Shown piece by piece: positions 9,912 through 19,946 of a stretch of DNA of 64,000 nucleotides (positions within the stretch are counted from its first letter, which is position 1; every line of letters begins with the position of its first letter). Position numbers and translations under genes: made by a program. The notes below the pieces were generated by a model. That model was not told the origin of the DNA and did no database searches. It saw nothing but the letters and a program-made list of their open reading frames with translations. The DNA lies in the NCBI GenBank assembly GCA_030532125.1, contig JAUNLU010000003.1:26491-90490 (forward strand), in the 5' to 3' direction. The stretch comes from Trueperella sp. (GTDB taxonomy: Bacteria > Actinomycetota > Actinomycetes > Actinomycetales > Actinomycetaceae).

Positions 9912-10739
9912 TTAGTCTATCTGCCTTTGCGGGTTGGGCACCTGAGTTTTCGCATAGGCGCTTATAACCGCAATCGCCCACGGGCCGGCGGTGGCAGCGC
10001 GCATAATATGCTCTCCCAATAGGACCGGGCGTGCCCCCGCACCGCTGAACTCTGCTACTTCAGTCTCAGTGATTCCGCCTTCAGGGCCGACGACGACGAT
10101 CACTTCCTCAGCTACACCTTGAGCTGTTCCAGTTTGCAGGGCAGCTAACAGGTCAGTTTGGGCAGTTTCATGGCAAATAAATACTTGGGCACCGTCAGCC
10201 ACTTTCGCTCTAATCCAGCTGGACAGCTGTTGGGAATCGAGCAGTTCCGCAATAGTAACCCCGTAACTGCGTCGCGACTGTTGTACGGCAGATAGCGCCG
10301 TATTTTCCCATTTAGTGCGGGCTTTAGCTTCTTTTCCAGCCCAATTAACGATGGTTCGATCGGAGCGCCAGGGAACCACTTCCGCTACTCCGTATTCGGT
10401 GGCGGTCTCGATTGCCTGTTCATCGCGCCCAGATTTTGCCAGTGCCTGCACTAGGGTAATTTTTGGCTTACTGGGTGGGTCAAGCTGGGTGCCGATTACG
10501 GCAGCAGCGAGTTCTTTCTTCCCCACCGCTGTGACGCGCACCTGCACCCGGGTGCCGGCGCCATCTACTAGTTCGATATTTTCACCCGGGCGGGTACGCC
10601 GCACAGTGCCGGCATGATGAGCCACTGCACCGGTTAGCTGTACAGCTGCCCCTACTGGCAAATCTTTTGCGAGTGCTACTTGAGCCACTGCGCAGGCATC
10701 TGCGAGTGCCTCAGGCGCGACATACACTGGCAGCGTCAT
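9912..10739 (-). CDS. rsmE: 16S rRNA (uracil-N3)-methyltransferase RsmE
   Basis: 275-aa ORF with a C-terminal SPOUT-type GPEGG motif ([13 protein letters not shown]). It lies in dnaJ-rsmE-phoH synteny. Confidence 0.85.
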   Translation of the reverse strand: MTLPVYVAPEALADACAVAQVALAKDLPVGAAVQLTGAVAHHAGTVRRTRPGENIELVDGAGTRVQVRVTAVGKKELAAAVIGTQLDPPSKPKITLVQALAKSGRDEQAIETATEYGVAEVVPWRSDRTIVNWAGKEAKARTKWENTALSAVQQSRRSYGVTIAELLDSQQLSSWIRAKVADGAQVFICHETAQTDLLAALQTGTAQGVAEEVIVVVGPEGGITETEVAEFSGAGARPVLLGEHIMRAATAGPWAIAVISAYAKTQVPNPQRQID

Positions 10740-11872
10740 CCGTCTCTACCAGTTAGTTTTTCTTTGAGCCGGGAAAACATCGAGCCGTTATCTTCTACCA
10801 GCCGCCCCACATCGCCGTCTTCCCCACGCTGTTGTGCCAGTTCAAAGAGCAGGTCACGCTGGTTCTGATCAAGTTTGGTGGGGGTTATTACCTGCGCCAA
10901 AATCTTGAGGTCACCGCGACCAGGGCGGCGCAATTTACCTACGCCCAGATCGAGCAGGGTAATTACCTGCCCAGATTGGGTGCCGGCTTCGATTTCAATT
11001 TCCTGGGGGCCGTCGAATGTCTCCAGCTGGATCTTAGTGCCGAGTGCTGCTCCAGTCATTGGTATCTCTAAGGTGCAATGCAGATTGTCACCTTGCCGCG
11101 TGAAAATTGGGTGCGGGGCAACATTCACCTCTACGTACAGGTCGCCAGGTCCGCCCCCAGCAATGCCGGCTTCGCCTTTTCCGGGGAGCCGGATCCGCAT
11201 CCCATTTTCCACACCGGCTGGGACATCTACATTTAGTTTCACTTCATCTTTAACTCGGCCTTCACCGCCACACTGCTTACAGGGCGTAACTATTACCGTG
11301 CCATATCCGCGGCATACACCACAGGTGGTGGTAGAAATCATCTGACCGAGCAGCATGGAATTGGTAACCCGCTGCACGCTACCAGTGCCGTCACAATTAG
11401 TACATGGCACCGGCTGGGTACCGGGTTCAGCTAGCTGACCGTGGCAGTGGGAGCACTCCACCGGCAACTGTACTTTTAGTTCTTTTTTGACGCCGAAGAC
11501 GACGTCTTCCAAATTGAGCCGCAACGCAACTAGCGTCTCACCGCCGCGCCGGGTGCGGGAAGCTGGTCCGGATGCTGCGCCGCCGCCAAAGAAACTAGTG
11601 AATATATCCTGGAAGCCTCCCCCGAAGCCACCAAATCCACCGAAGCCGGCACCCCCACCGGACAGCGCTTCTTCACCGCCCATATCGTAGAGCTTGCGCT
11701 TTTCGGGATCAGAGAGTACTTCGTAAGCACGAGTCACTTCTTTGAATTTTTCCGCGCCTTCTGGCCCGGCCTGGTCGGGATGGAGTTTGCGCGCCAGCTT
11801 GCGGTAGGAGCGTTTTATTTCATCCGCAGTGGCATCGCGCGAAACTTCTAATAACTGATAGTAGTCAGCCAC
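10736..11872 (-). CDS. dnaJ: Molecular chaperone DnaJ
   Basis: J-domain with HPD (KLHPDQ), a G/F-rich linker and four CxxCxGxG zinc repeats ([31 protein letters not shown]). Confidence 0.96.
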   Translation of the reverse strand: MADYYQLLEVSRDATADEIKRSYRKLARKLHPDQAGPEGAEKFKEVTRAYEVLSDPEKRKLYDMGGEEALSGGGAGFGGFGGFGGGFQDIFTSFFGGGAASGPASRTRRGGETLVALRLNLEDVVFGVKKELKVQLPVECSHCHGQLAEPGTQPVPCTNCDGTGSVQRVTNSMLLGQMISTTTCGVCRGYGTVIVTPCKQCGGEGRVKDEVKLNVDVPAGVENGMRIRLPGKGEAGIAGGGPGDLYVEVNVAPHPIFTRQGDNLHCTLEIPMTGAALGTKIQLETFDGPQEIEIEAGTQSGQVITLLDLGVGKLRRPGRGDLKILAQVITPTKLDQNQRDLLFELAQQRGEDGDVGRLVEDNGSMFSRLKEKLTGRDG

Positions 11873-11891
11873 AGGTTCCTTCTTTTTCTGG

Positions 11892-12914
11892 TTATTGCGT
11901 GTTACCTAGCACGAGGGATAAGTATTTGGCGACTGCATAGACTGACCCCATTGTGGCCGGGTAATCCATCCGAGTCGGCCCCAAGACTCCTAGCCTAGCT
12001 ACTGGAGAGCTGGCAGCGCCGTCATAAGTAGCGGATACCACTGAAGTTTCCCCCAACCCAGCGGCAGCATTTTCCTTACCAATGCTCACCCGCAGGCCTT
12101 CTTCCCGATACGCCAGCAGACGCAGTAGCACTACTTGTTCTTCTAGCGCGTCTAGCACTGGAGATATTGAGCTGACGAAGTCCACATCGTAGCGGGTGAG
12201 ATTGGCGGTGCCAGCTACTACCACTCGCTCTTCCGCGTCTGTGCTCAAAGTTTCGGTTAGTACCTGTGCTATCCGGGTGTGCAACTCAGTGAGTTCCAGC
12301 GGTAATTTGGCAGCAATCGAATCAAAACCGGCCGCTAGTTCTGCTAAATCTTTGCCAATGCAGTGTCGATTTATCTCATTGCCCAGGCGCTCTATTTGCG
12401 CATCAAGGATTTTGCGCTCGAACCGAATTGTGCGTTGTTCTACCCGGCCAGCGTCGGTGATGATGATTATCAACACGTGGTGATCGCCGCGCAAAACCAG
12501 TTCCACATGCCGCAAGGCAGTACGCCGGAGCGAGGGATACTGCACTACAGCCACTTGATTGGTCAGGTGGGCAAGTAGGCGCACGGAGCGGTCCAGTACA
12601 TCGTCCAGGTCCACCGCTTCGTTCAGGATATTCTCAATTGCTGCCCGCTGGGCAGGAGTCAGTGGCTTCATCTGCGCAATAGAGTCTACAAATTCGCGGT
12701 AACCAGCATCGGTGGGGATGCGGCCGGCTGAAGTATGCGGTTGGGTTATTAAACCAGCATCTTCTAACTGCGCCATATCATTGCGCACGGTGGCTGGGGA
12801 TACTCCCAGATTATGCCGTTCTACTACTGCTTTGGAACCGACCGGCTCCCGGGTGGCAACGTAGTCTTGCACAATAGCTTCCAGCACAATTTTGCGGCGC
12901 TCGGCAGCGGACAT
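11892..12914 (-). CDS. hrcA: Heat-inducible transcription repressor HrcA
   Basis: N-terminal winged-helix segment ([43 protein letters not shown]). The start is taken at MSAAERRK (12914), because the longer ORF would run into the CIRCE operator. Confidence 0.92.
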   Translation of the reverse strand: MSAAERRKIVLEAIVQDYVATREPVGSKAVVERHNLGVSPATVRNDMAQLEDAGLITQPHTSAGRIPTDAGYREFVDSIAQMKPLTPAQRAAIENILNEAVDLDDVLDRSVRLLAHLTNQVAVVQYPSLRRTALRHVELVLRGDHHVLIIIITDAGRVEQRTIRFERKILDAQIERLGNEINRHCIGKDLAELAAGFDSIAAKLPLELTELHTRIAQVLTETLSTDAEERVVVAGTANLTRYDVDFVSSISPVLDALEEQVVLLRLLAYREEGLRVSIGKENAAAGLGETSVVSATYDGAASSPVARLGVLGPTRMDYPATMGSVYAVAKYLSLVLGNTQ

Positions 12915-12958
12915 CGCAGCCTCCCCTCTAGTTTTACCAAGTAGCACTTTTCGCCCAA

Positions 12959-12985
12959 GTAGCACTCTATGCCATCGAGTGCCAA
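12959..12985. promoter_or_regulatory. CIRCE operator (HrcA binding site)
   Basis: GTAGCACTC-N9-GAGTGCCAA versus the consensus TTAGCACTC-N9-GAGTGCTAA. It lies 45 nt upstream of the preferred hrcA start. Confidence 0.85.
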
Positions 12986-13102
12986 TGCTACGCCAAGTAC
13001 GCTATCGGCGCACGTTGCGCTTAGGCAGTACAGCGGCAATGCGGCGCGGTGATATGGGCAGTGTATTAGGGGGAACAGTGGCCACCGCCCACCAGCGAGC
13101 GT

Positions 13103-13711
13103 TTACTTCCAGATCCCGGCGGGAAGTTGGCTGATAAATTGGCCGGCCTGCTGGCTGCAAAGCTCTAAGTGCGAGATAGGATCTTCGCCCAGTTGCCAAG
13201 AAAATTCCACCGTCACCCGTTCGCCACACAAATGCGCGCTCACCGCCTCTGGCCACTCCAGGAGCACTGCATAAGCCTGGGCTCCAAGTAAATCGGCAGC
13301 AGCCGCACTGCGCTCGCCAGTAAGGGGCAACAACATTTCTGGCAATGCTGCCTCACTGCCATCAGCACGCTGCGGAATATCAAAGGTAAAGAACAAAGTA
13401 GAGCTGGCAGTACGGGGAAGTATGGCGCTGCGCCAACTCAACTCGCGAGTATTAGTTACCGCTTGTACCCCAGGAGCTCCACCCGCAGCCGGCCACTGCC
13501 CGGCAGATTCGACGTCGCCTTGCAATAAAAATTCTTTGAGGTTTGGTACCGTGTCGCTGACTTTCCAGCGTTTGGTGCGCATTTTGCCGCGGATCCGGGA
13601 ACGTTCATCCCAAGTTCCTTTATTATTTTTTGACGCCAGTGCGGTGAGCGCATAGACCATCACGCCGCCAATAATTACCACTAGGAACAGGAAAATGAAG
13701 TAGTCTCCCAC
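13103..13711 (-). CDS. Hypothetical protein with an N-terminal transmembrane helix
   Basis: 202-aa ORF with a hydrophobic N-terminus (FIFLFLVVIIGGVMVYALTAL). I recognise no motif. Confidence 0.5.
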   Translation of the reverse strand: MGDYFIFLFLVVIIGGVMVYALTALASKNNKGTWDERSRIRGKMRTKRWKVSDTVPNLKEFLLQGDVESAGQWPAAGGAPGVQAVTNTRELSWRSAILPRTASSTLFFTFDIPQRADGSEAALPEMLLPLTGERSAAAADLLGAQAYAVLLEWPEAVSAHLCGERVTVEFSWQLGEDPISHLELCSQQAGQFISQLPAGIWK

Positions 13712-13766
13712 CGAGTGCCTCCCTCTCGTTTAATTACCGGTTGAGCCTATCGCGCTGCGGTTGCAG

Positions 13767-14954
13767 TTACCACAGCTGGCGAATCACAGTATCGGCCAGT
13801 AGCCGTCCCTTAGGAGTGAGCACCAGTCGCCCATTTTCGGCCAATTTGGCATCCACTAACCCATCGGCACATAGCCGATACACCGTTGTGGCGCTAGTAC
13901 CCTCCGGAATCTCAATCCCAACGCCCAGTCGAATACCGAGCATAATATGTTCTTCTCGCTGTTCCGCGGCGGTTAGCTGCTCATATTCCGCCACGGGAAG
14001 GGCGCCTGCCGCCAGCAGCTGAGCATAGGCAATTGGATGCTTTCGATTCCAAAACCGCGTCCCCGCAATATGCGAGTGCGCACCGGGACCATACCCCCAC
14101 CATTCGCCGTCTTGCCAATAAACCAAATTGTGTTGACATTCTTTTCCAGGGCGCGCCCAATTGGAGACCTCATACCACTGATAGCCGGCAGCGGTCAGGA
14201 TTTGATCTGCTTGCAAATAGCGGTCAGCGAGTAGGTCTGGATCAGGAGCCGGAATCTCTCCCCGCGCCAGCTGACGCCCCATTTTGGTACCCGGTTCAAT
14301 CGTGAGTCCATAAGCAGAGATATGCCCCGGTTCTAATTCGATGGCAGTTTCCAGCGACTGGCGCCAGTCCGCGCCGCTCTCCCCCGGCGTGCCATAGATC
14401 AGGTCTAACGAGTAGTCCAAGCCAACCGCTTGCGCAGCTTGGACTGCACGTTCCACCTGGCCCGGAGTATGCACTCTATCTAAAGTGCGGAGCACGTGCG
14501 GCACGGCTGATTGCATCCCAAATGAGATACGGGTGAATCCAGCTGCTTTCAGCTGCGCTAAATATTCAGCATCCACCGTTTCCGGGTTGGCTTCAGTAGT
14601 TATTTCACTGGCCGGGCCAAATACTTCTTGAAGCCGAGCCAGGATGCCGATGAGGTCGGCAGCAGGCAACATACTCGGCGTTCCCCCGCCGAAGAATACG
14701 GTATCTAACTGTGGACCCTGCGCATTCGGCGCAGCAGAATCAGTTAGTGCGGGCACTGATAGTGCTATTTCCTGGCAGATAGTTTCCGCGAAGTTCTGGG
14801 CGCTGGCCGGCCCCCCAAACTCCAGATTGGTATAGGTGTTGAAATCACAGTAGCCACAGCGTGTCTGGCAAAACGGGATATGTACGTAGGCAGAGATTCT
14901 TTTGCCCACGCTAGTGAAATTCGGCAGAACTGGAGGTGCGCTCGCAATATCCAT
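13767..14954 (-). CDS. hemW: Radical SAM heme chaperone HemW (HemN-like)
   Basis: CQTRCGYCDF (CxxxCxxC) radical-SAM cluster motif and a HemN-like C-terminus. The start is taken at MDIASAPP (14954) to avoid overlap with trmB. Confidence 0.88.
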   Translation of the reverse strand: MDIASAPPVLPNFTSVGKRISAYVHIPFCQTRCGYCDFNTYTNLEFGGPASAQNFAETICQEIALSVPALTDSAAPNAQGPQLDTVFFGGGTPSMLPAADLIGILARLQEVFGPASEITTEANPETVDAEYLAQLKAAGFTRISFGMQSAVPHVLRTLDRVHTPGQVERAVQAAQAVGLDYSLDLIYGTPGESGADWRQSLETAIELEPGHISAYGLTIEPGTKMGRQLARGEIPAPDPDLLADRYLQADQILTAAGYQWYEVSNWARPGKECQHNLVYWQDGEWWGYGPGAHSHIAGTRFWNRKHPIAYAQLLAAGALPVAEYEQLTAAEQREEHIMLGIRLGVGIEIPEGTSATTVYRLCADGLVDAKLAENGRLVLTPKGRLLADTVIRQLW

Positions 14955-14988
14955 ACTGTGGCTAATTCTTACTGTGGTTGATTTTTTC

Positions 14989-15822
14989 CTAAACTGATCG
15001 ACTGGCCAGCGGGACGCTATTTCGCACCGCAGCAATATCGTGGATAGTGCGCCCGGCGGCGATCCCGCGCGATTCAAACCTGGTCATTATGCGACCCTCA
15101 AATCGTGGCGCAAAGCCACCGGCGTATTTCCCCTCATCCGCCGGATCAGGATTTTGCCCGATATATTCGTTGGTGAAATAGGGACTGTCAGTAATTACAT
15201 CTCGCATTTGCCAGGCGTAGTTGTCCCAGTCAGTGGCCAAGCGCCAGATACCGCCGGGTGCCAATACCTGAGCAATGGTGGCGGCAAAATTAGGGTTCAC
15301 AATGCGGCGCTTGTGGTGGCGAGCTTTGCGCCACGGGTCTGGGAAAAATGTCCAAACCTCCTGTGCGCGGGGGTTGGCGTGCCAAGTTGCGGCGTCACTA
15401 GCAGCGCTCCCCTCAGGGGCTGAAGATCGGAAGATCACTGGCAGCGCTTGAGCAGCGTCTACCTCTATTACTCGGAAGTTAGTTACTTGTTCGCGATGCG
15501 CAGCGTTTACGCAGCGTGCCACACCTGGCGCCCAGGCTTCGAGCGCCAAAAAATCCCAATCGGGATGCGCTTTTGCAGCTGAAATAGACTGTTCGCCTGA
15601 CCCGGGGCCGATCTCCACTACCAGTGGCGCAGTGCGCCCAAACTGAGCGGGAAGATCAATTACTGCATCTGCAGCGATAGTAGTTTGCGCAGCTCCGGAA
15701 GGAATAGCTATCACATATTTGTGGCCATGCTCTGCCATCACTCCGGCATATTTTTCGCCAAGCCGCGAGCCGCGGCGGGAAAATGACAGGATGCGACCAT
15801 AGTTGGCATTGTGCTGTTCCAC
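14989..15822 (-). CDS. trmB: tRNA (guanine46-N7)-methyltransferase
   Basis: FPDPWRKARHHKRR signature and the SAM-binding segment VVEIGPGSGE. Confidence 0.88.
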   Translation of the reverse strand: MEQHNANYGRILSFSRRGSRLGEKYAGVMAEHGHKYVIAIPSGAAQTTIAADAVIDLPAQFGRTAPLVVEIGPGSGEQSISAAKAHPDWDFLALEAWAPGVARCVNAAHREQVTNFRVIEVDAAQALPVIFRSSAPEGSAASDAATWHANPRAQEVWTFFPDPWRKARHHKRRIVNPNFAATIAQVLAPGGIWRLATDWDNYAWQMRDVITDSPYFTNEYIGQNPDPADEGKYAGGFAPRFEGRIMTRFESRGIAAGRTIHDIAAVRNSVPLASRSV

Positions 15823-15826
15823 GGGC

Positions 15827-17686
15827 TTACTTTTTCTTACTTTCGGGCAAGTCGGACGACAGTGCAGCTACAAAGGCTTCTTGCGGCACATCTACCCGAC
15901 CAATCGACTTCATTCGCTTCTTGCCTTCTTTTTGCTTCTCCAGCAGTTTGCGCTTGCGTGAGATATCGCCGCCGTAACATTTAGCGAGCATATCTTTACG
16001 CAGCGCCTTAATAGTCTGCCGGGCGATAATGCGCGAACCCACTGCGGCCTGCACCGGAATCTCAAATTGCTGCCTGGGGATGAGTTCTTTCAACTTACCG
16101 GTCATTTCCACGCCGTAATGGTAGGCGTCGTCTCGGTGCACAATTGATGAAAATGCGTCCACTACTTCGTGATTGAGCAGAATCTGCACTTTGACCAGAT
16201 CGGCTTCTTGCTCCCCGGATTCTTTGTAATCGAGCGAGGCATAGCCCTTGGTGCGCGACTTCAACTGGTCAAAGAAATCGGTGACGATTTCTGCCAGCGG
16301 CAGGTTGTACCGAATTTCTACCCGCTCTTCGGTTAGATAGTCCATGCCTTGCAGAGTGCCCCGCCGTTGTTGGCACAGTTCCATTACTGGCCCCACGAAG
16401 TCACTGGGAGTGAGCAAAGTGGCATCTACCAGTGGCTCATAAATAGCTCGGATCTTCCCTTCGGGGAATTCGGACGGGTTAGAGACGACGGTTTCCGTGC
16501 CATCTTCCTCTACCACGCGGTAAATTACCGACGGCGCGGTGGCAATCAGGTCAAGATCAAATTCGCGTTGCAACCGTTCCGTAACGATTTCCAAGTGCAG
16601 CAATCCCAAGAAGCCACAGCGGAAACCAAAACCCAGCGCAACCGAATTTTCTGGCTCAAATACCAGCGCGGCGTCATTGAGTTTTAACTTATCCAATGCA
16701 TCACGCAAGGCCGGGTAGTCCGAACCGTCAATCGGATAAATCCCGGAATAAACCATCGGTTTCGGATCCCGGTACCCAGACAGTGGCTCGCTAGCGGGGC
16801 GCACGGCGTCGGTCACGGTATCGCCCACTCGGGATTGCGAGACGTCCTTAACGCCGGTAATCAGGTAGCCCACTTCGCCGACGCCCAGACCTTTAGTAGG
16901 ATTGGGCTCAGGCGAAATTACTCCGATTTCTTGTAGTTCATGATTGGCATGGGTAGACATCATATTCAGCCGCTGCCCAGGTTGGAGCCGCCCGTCAACC
17001 ATCCGCACGTAGGTGACCACGCCTCGGTAAGTGTCGTATACGGAGTCAAAGATCATGGCGCGTGGGTTGGCGTCGGCATCACCCTGAGGGGCAGGTATTT
17101 CGCGCACGATGCGATCCAATAATTCCGCCACCCCTGCACCAGTTTTGCCAGATACTAAGGCACAATCTTCTGGCTCGCAGCCAATTAAGCTGGCAAGTTC
17201 GGCGGCATATTTTTCAGGGTTCGCCGCGGGTAAGTCGATTTTGTTCAGCACCGGGATAATGGTGAGGTCATTTTCGATTGCCAGGTACAAGTTAGCGAGT
17301 GTTTGGGCCTCAATCCCCTGTGCGGCGTCTACCAGTAAGAGTGCGCCTTCGCAGGCCGCCAGGGACCGGGAGACTTCATAGGAAAAGTCCACGTGCCCCG
17401 GGGTGTCAATCATATTCAACGCATAGGCGGAGTCCGCTACCGTCCAGGGCATACGCACTGCCTGGGATTTAATGGTGATACCACGTTCGCGCTCAATATC
17501 CATCCGATCGAGGTACTGGTCGCGCATTTCCCGGGCACTAACCACATTGGTTAGTTGCAGCATACGGTCAGCCAGCGTAGATTTCCCGTGATCAATATGG
17601 GCAATAATGCAGAAATTGCGGATCCGATCAGCGGGCGTAGCTGCCGGAACAATCTGTTTTAGCTGGTCGCTATTAGAAACGGGCAC
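15827..17686 (-). CDS. lepA: Elongation factor 4 (LepA)
   Basis: GTPase motifs [21 protein letters not shown] and NKIDL, plus the conserved LepA C-terminal domain. Confidence 0.97.
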   Translation of the reverse strand: MPVSNSDQLKQIVPAATPADRIRNFCIIAHIDHGKSTLADRMLQLTNVVSAREMRDQYLDRMDIERERGITIKSQAVRMPWTVADSAYALNMIDTPGHVDFSYEVSRSLAACEGALLLVDAAQGIEAQTLANLYLAIENDLTIIPVLNKIDLPAANPEKYAAELASLIGCEPEDCALVSGKTGAGVAELLDRIVREIPAPQGDADANPRAMIFDSVYDTYRGVVTYVRMVDGRLQPGQRLNMMSTHANHELQEIGVISPEPNPTKGLGVGEVGYLITGVKDVSQSRVGDTVTDAVRPASEPLSGYRDPKPMVYSGIYPIDGSDYPALRDALDKLKLNDAALVFEPENSVALGFGFRCGFLGLLHLEIVTERLQREFDLDLIATAPSVIYRVVEEDGTETVVSNPSEFPEGKIRAIYEPLVDATLLTPSDFVGPVMELCQQRRGTLQGMDYLTEERVEIRYNLPLAEIVTDFFDQLKSRTKGYASLDYKESGEQEADLVKVQILLNHEVVDAFSSIVHRDDAYHYGVEMTGKLKELIPRQQFEIPVQAAVGSRIIARQTIKALRKDMLAKCYGGDISRKRKLLEKQKEGKKRMKSIGRVDVPQEAFVAALSSDLPESKKK

Positions 17687-18029
17687 GGGTCTCCTTCAAA
17701 GATTTGCTACCCATAGATTACCAGCGCCGCTATTTAGGGGAGAATCCGTAAAGTGTGGAGTTGGTCGGGAGTACACCTAGTCATTGTCAACAACTCACAA
17801 CCACGCTAGTCAATCACCTAATAAAACCCACCCCGATGTAAACCAGTATCCCGCGTCACTCGCCCAACAAAGCTCACCCCCAACATCAGCCACTGCTCAA
17901 CACCACTTCTAACCACCAATCACCCACCTAACAAAACCTGAATCTGACCACCACCCTGTAATCACTGCCACAAACCACTAAGATTTACTCACTCTCTTTC
18001 TCCCAACCAAGATGTGACAGAATCTCACT

Positions 18030-18650
18030 ATGAACACTGCTGGATCTTTATCGATTATTTTGCCTATTGTGGAGCGGATAACTAGAGTCCCCGGTAAACT
18101 CCTCGCGCTCCTCTCAGCCGGGACTAGCGTGTTAGTGATACTCGTTGGCGGGTTCGCTGGGTATTACGGTTCTGGTGGCACAAAATGGTTGCCGCTAACC
18201 GTCGGGTTGATTTCTTTAGTGGTGGCGGCAGTGTTTTGGGTGCGGCGCGCTCGGCTGGAGAAGTTTGTGGATCAAACTATCGCGATGCACGGACGCAATA
18301 TTTTCGATTCTGTATCTGCCAAAATAACTGACGGCAGCACCGAACCTGGCGAAGTTATTGAAGTGACTGAATCCGGCGTCGTTGAAAGCTCTAGCGCTGA
18401 AAAAGACAGCAAAACTGACTGGCAGCAACGCCGCCAAGACGCGCAGGCGGAAGCAAGTGCAAAACGCGATACTTTCTTCCCGCGGTTGGAAGCTGCACAA
18501 CGTGCGGCAATTGCTGCAGTAGGTGGAGTCCAGAATGCCCCGTATTTGACGGATGATTTACGATGGACGGTCGTTAGCGCAATTGCTACGGCGGTAACTC
18601 CAGTGGTGAATCTACTGTTCTTCGTGGTTGGGCTAGTTATCTGGCTCTAG
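18030..18650 (+). CDS. Hypothetical membrane protein
   Basis: 206-aa ORF with two N-terminal TM helices and one C-terminal TM helix. I recognise no motif. Confidence 0.5.
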   Translation: MNTAGSLSIILPIVERITRVPGKLLALLSAGTSVLVILVGGFAGYYGSGGTKWLPLTVGLISLVVAAVFWVRRARLEKFVDQTIAMHGRNIFDSVSAKITDGSTEPGEVIEVTESGVVESSSAEKDSKTDWQQRRQDAQAEASAKRDTFFPRLEAAQRAAIAAVGGVQNAPYLTDDLRWTVVSAIATAVTPVVNLLFFVVGLVIWL

Positions 18651-18939
18651 GATGGTTAGCGGCTGATAGTTCGGTACTACATTGTGCCAAGGCAGCTGCT
18701 CGCCACACAGGTTGTACAGCAGTAGTGACCTGATCCACCCGCTATCACTGCGATCCGCATTGGAATAGTGGGCAACGGTTGCTAGACTCATTACTTGGAC
18801 TTTGCACCTGGTCGGGTGGAAGTCCGGCCTCGATCCATCACCACGGGTGTCCCCACGCCCGGCAGTCCGGATTAGGCGAGCCCTCTACCGACCCTGTAAG
18901 GATCGCGCCAACCGGCGCGGCAATCAGAAAGAGTTAATT

Positions 18940-19212
18940 GTGGCAAACATTAAGTCCCAGATAAAGCGCAATAAGACGAATGAAAAGCGTCGCCTGCGCA
19001 ATCAGGCTGTCAAGTCTGAATTGAAGACCTACGTGCGCAAGACGCGCGAAGCTATTGCGGCGGAAGATGTGGCTGCAGCCGAAGAAGCGCTGCGGACAAC
19101 TGGTCGTAAGCTAGACAAGGCGGTCTCGAAGGGCGTTATTCACCGCAACCAAGCGGCGAATCGTAAGTCGAAGCTGGCTAAGCAAATTGCCAAGATGGGC
19201 AAAGATGCTTAA
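18940..19212 (+). CDS. rpsT: 30S ribosomal protein S20
   Basis: A GTG start at 18940 gives (M)[22 protein letters not shown], a typical S20 N-terminus. The 46 upstream codons in the ORF track are unlikely to be translated. Confidence 0.93.
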   Translation: MANIKSQIKRNKTNEKRRLRNQAVKSELKTYVRKTREAIAAEDVAAAEEALRTTGRKLDKAVSKGVIHRNQAANRKSKLAKQIAKMGKDA

Positions 19213-19253
19213 CAGCATTGACTAATGCATGCGGGCAATCCGCAAAACAACTG

Positions 19254-19278
19254 GCCGAGGTGAAAACCTCGGCTTTTT
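19254..19278 (+). terminator. Rho-independent terminator of rpsT
   Basis: GCCGAGG-tgaaaa-CCTCGGC followed by TTTTT. Confidence 0.85.
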
Positions 19279-19310
19279 GTTTGTTTCTGGGGAGCATGCT
19301 TATTATTTCC

Positions 19311-19412
19311 GGCAGATAACCGGATGATTCTGGTGATACCCAATAAGGCTGGCGGATAACCGGATAATTCTGGCCAAATAACCACCAACCCCAGCCAAAT
19401 AACCACCAACCC
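19311..19412. repeat. Two pairs of direct repeats in the rpsT-holA spacer
   Basis: One pair is GGCAGATAACCGGATGATTCTGG (19311..19333) and GGCGGATAACCGGATAATTCTGG (19351..19373), matching at 21 of 23 positions. The other pair is GCCAAATAACCACCAACCC, repeated exactly at 19373..19391 and 19394..19412. Confidence 0.9.
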
Positions 19413-19427
19413 TGGTCGAGCTGACCA

Positions 19428-19489
19428 AAATGCTATAGATATGGTTTTTCATTGGCTATATCAAATAAGAAACTATATCTATAGCATTT
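19428..19489. repeat. 15-bp perfect inverted repeat with a 32-nt spacer
   Basis: AAATGCTATAGATAT (19428..19442) pairs with ATATCTATAGCATTT (19475..19489). Confidence 0.9.
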
Positions 19490-19946
19490 GGGCTCTAAAC
19501 AAGCAGAAAACAAGCCAAAACCTCTAAAGAATCACCAAACAACATAGAAATAGCGCTGCTACAACACAAAATGCATAAACAACTCAGCATCAAAATGCTG
19601 CACAACTAGATAAGCAATAGCAAGATAGCCAACAAGTAACCAAAAAGAATTAAGCACAATCACTGCACGCTAATAACAGCATAAGGCAGTAAAATGCAGA
19701 AACACCCCTCACCGGGATGGAGTGGGTCTATTACAATCAGCGGCTGCCATGGAAAGTTGGCAAGATAGCCCAACAAAACCTACACAGTGCATTCAGACCT
19801 ATCCACCATCGTCGAGTTTTTACAAGATGCACAACGAGGCCTGCACATTGTATTTGGCAGCAGGCCCCATCAGGTTTTACACAAAATGGCTAACTCCATC
19901 GAGCAGCAGATCTAGCAGCAGTCCACCAGGTAATTGGCATACAGCG

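Noticed and set aside
19209-19409. 66-aa minus-strand ORF in the rpsT-holA spacer
   Set aside because: It runs through the rpsT terminator and the direct repeats. Its repetitive peptide (VVIWLGLVVIW) simply mirrors the DNA repeats.
19311-19412. Possibility that the direct repeats are a small CRISPR array
   Set aside because: There are only two copies of each repeat. The second pair is separated by 2 nt, so there are no spacers, and there are no cas genes nearby.
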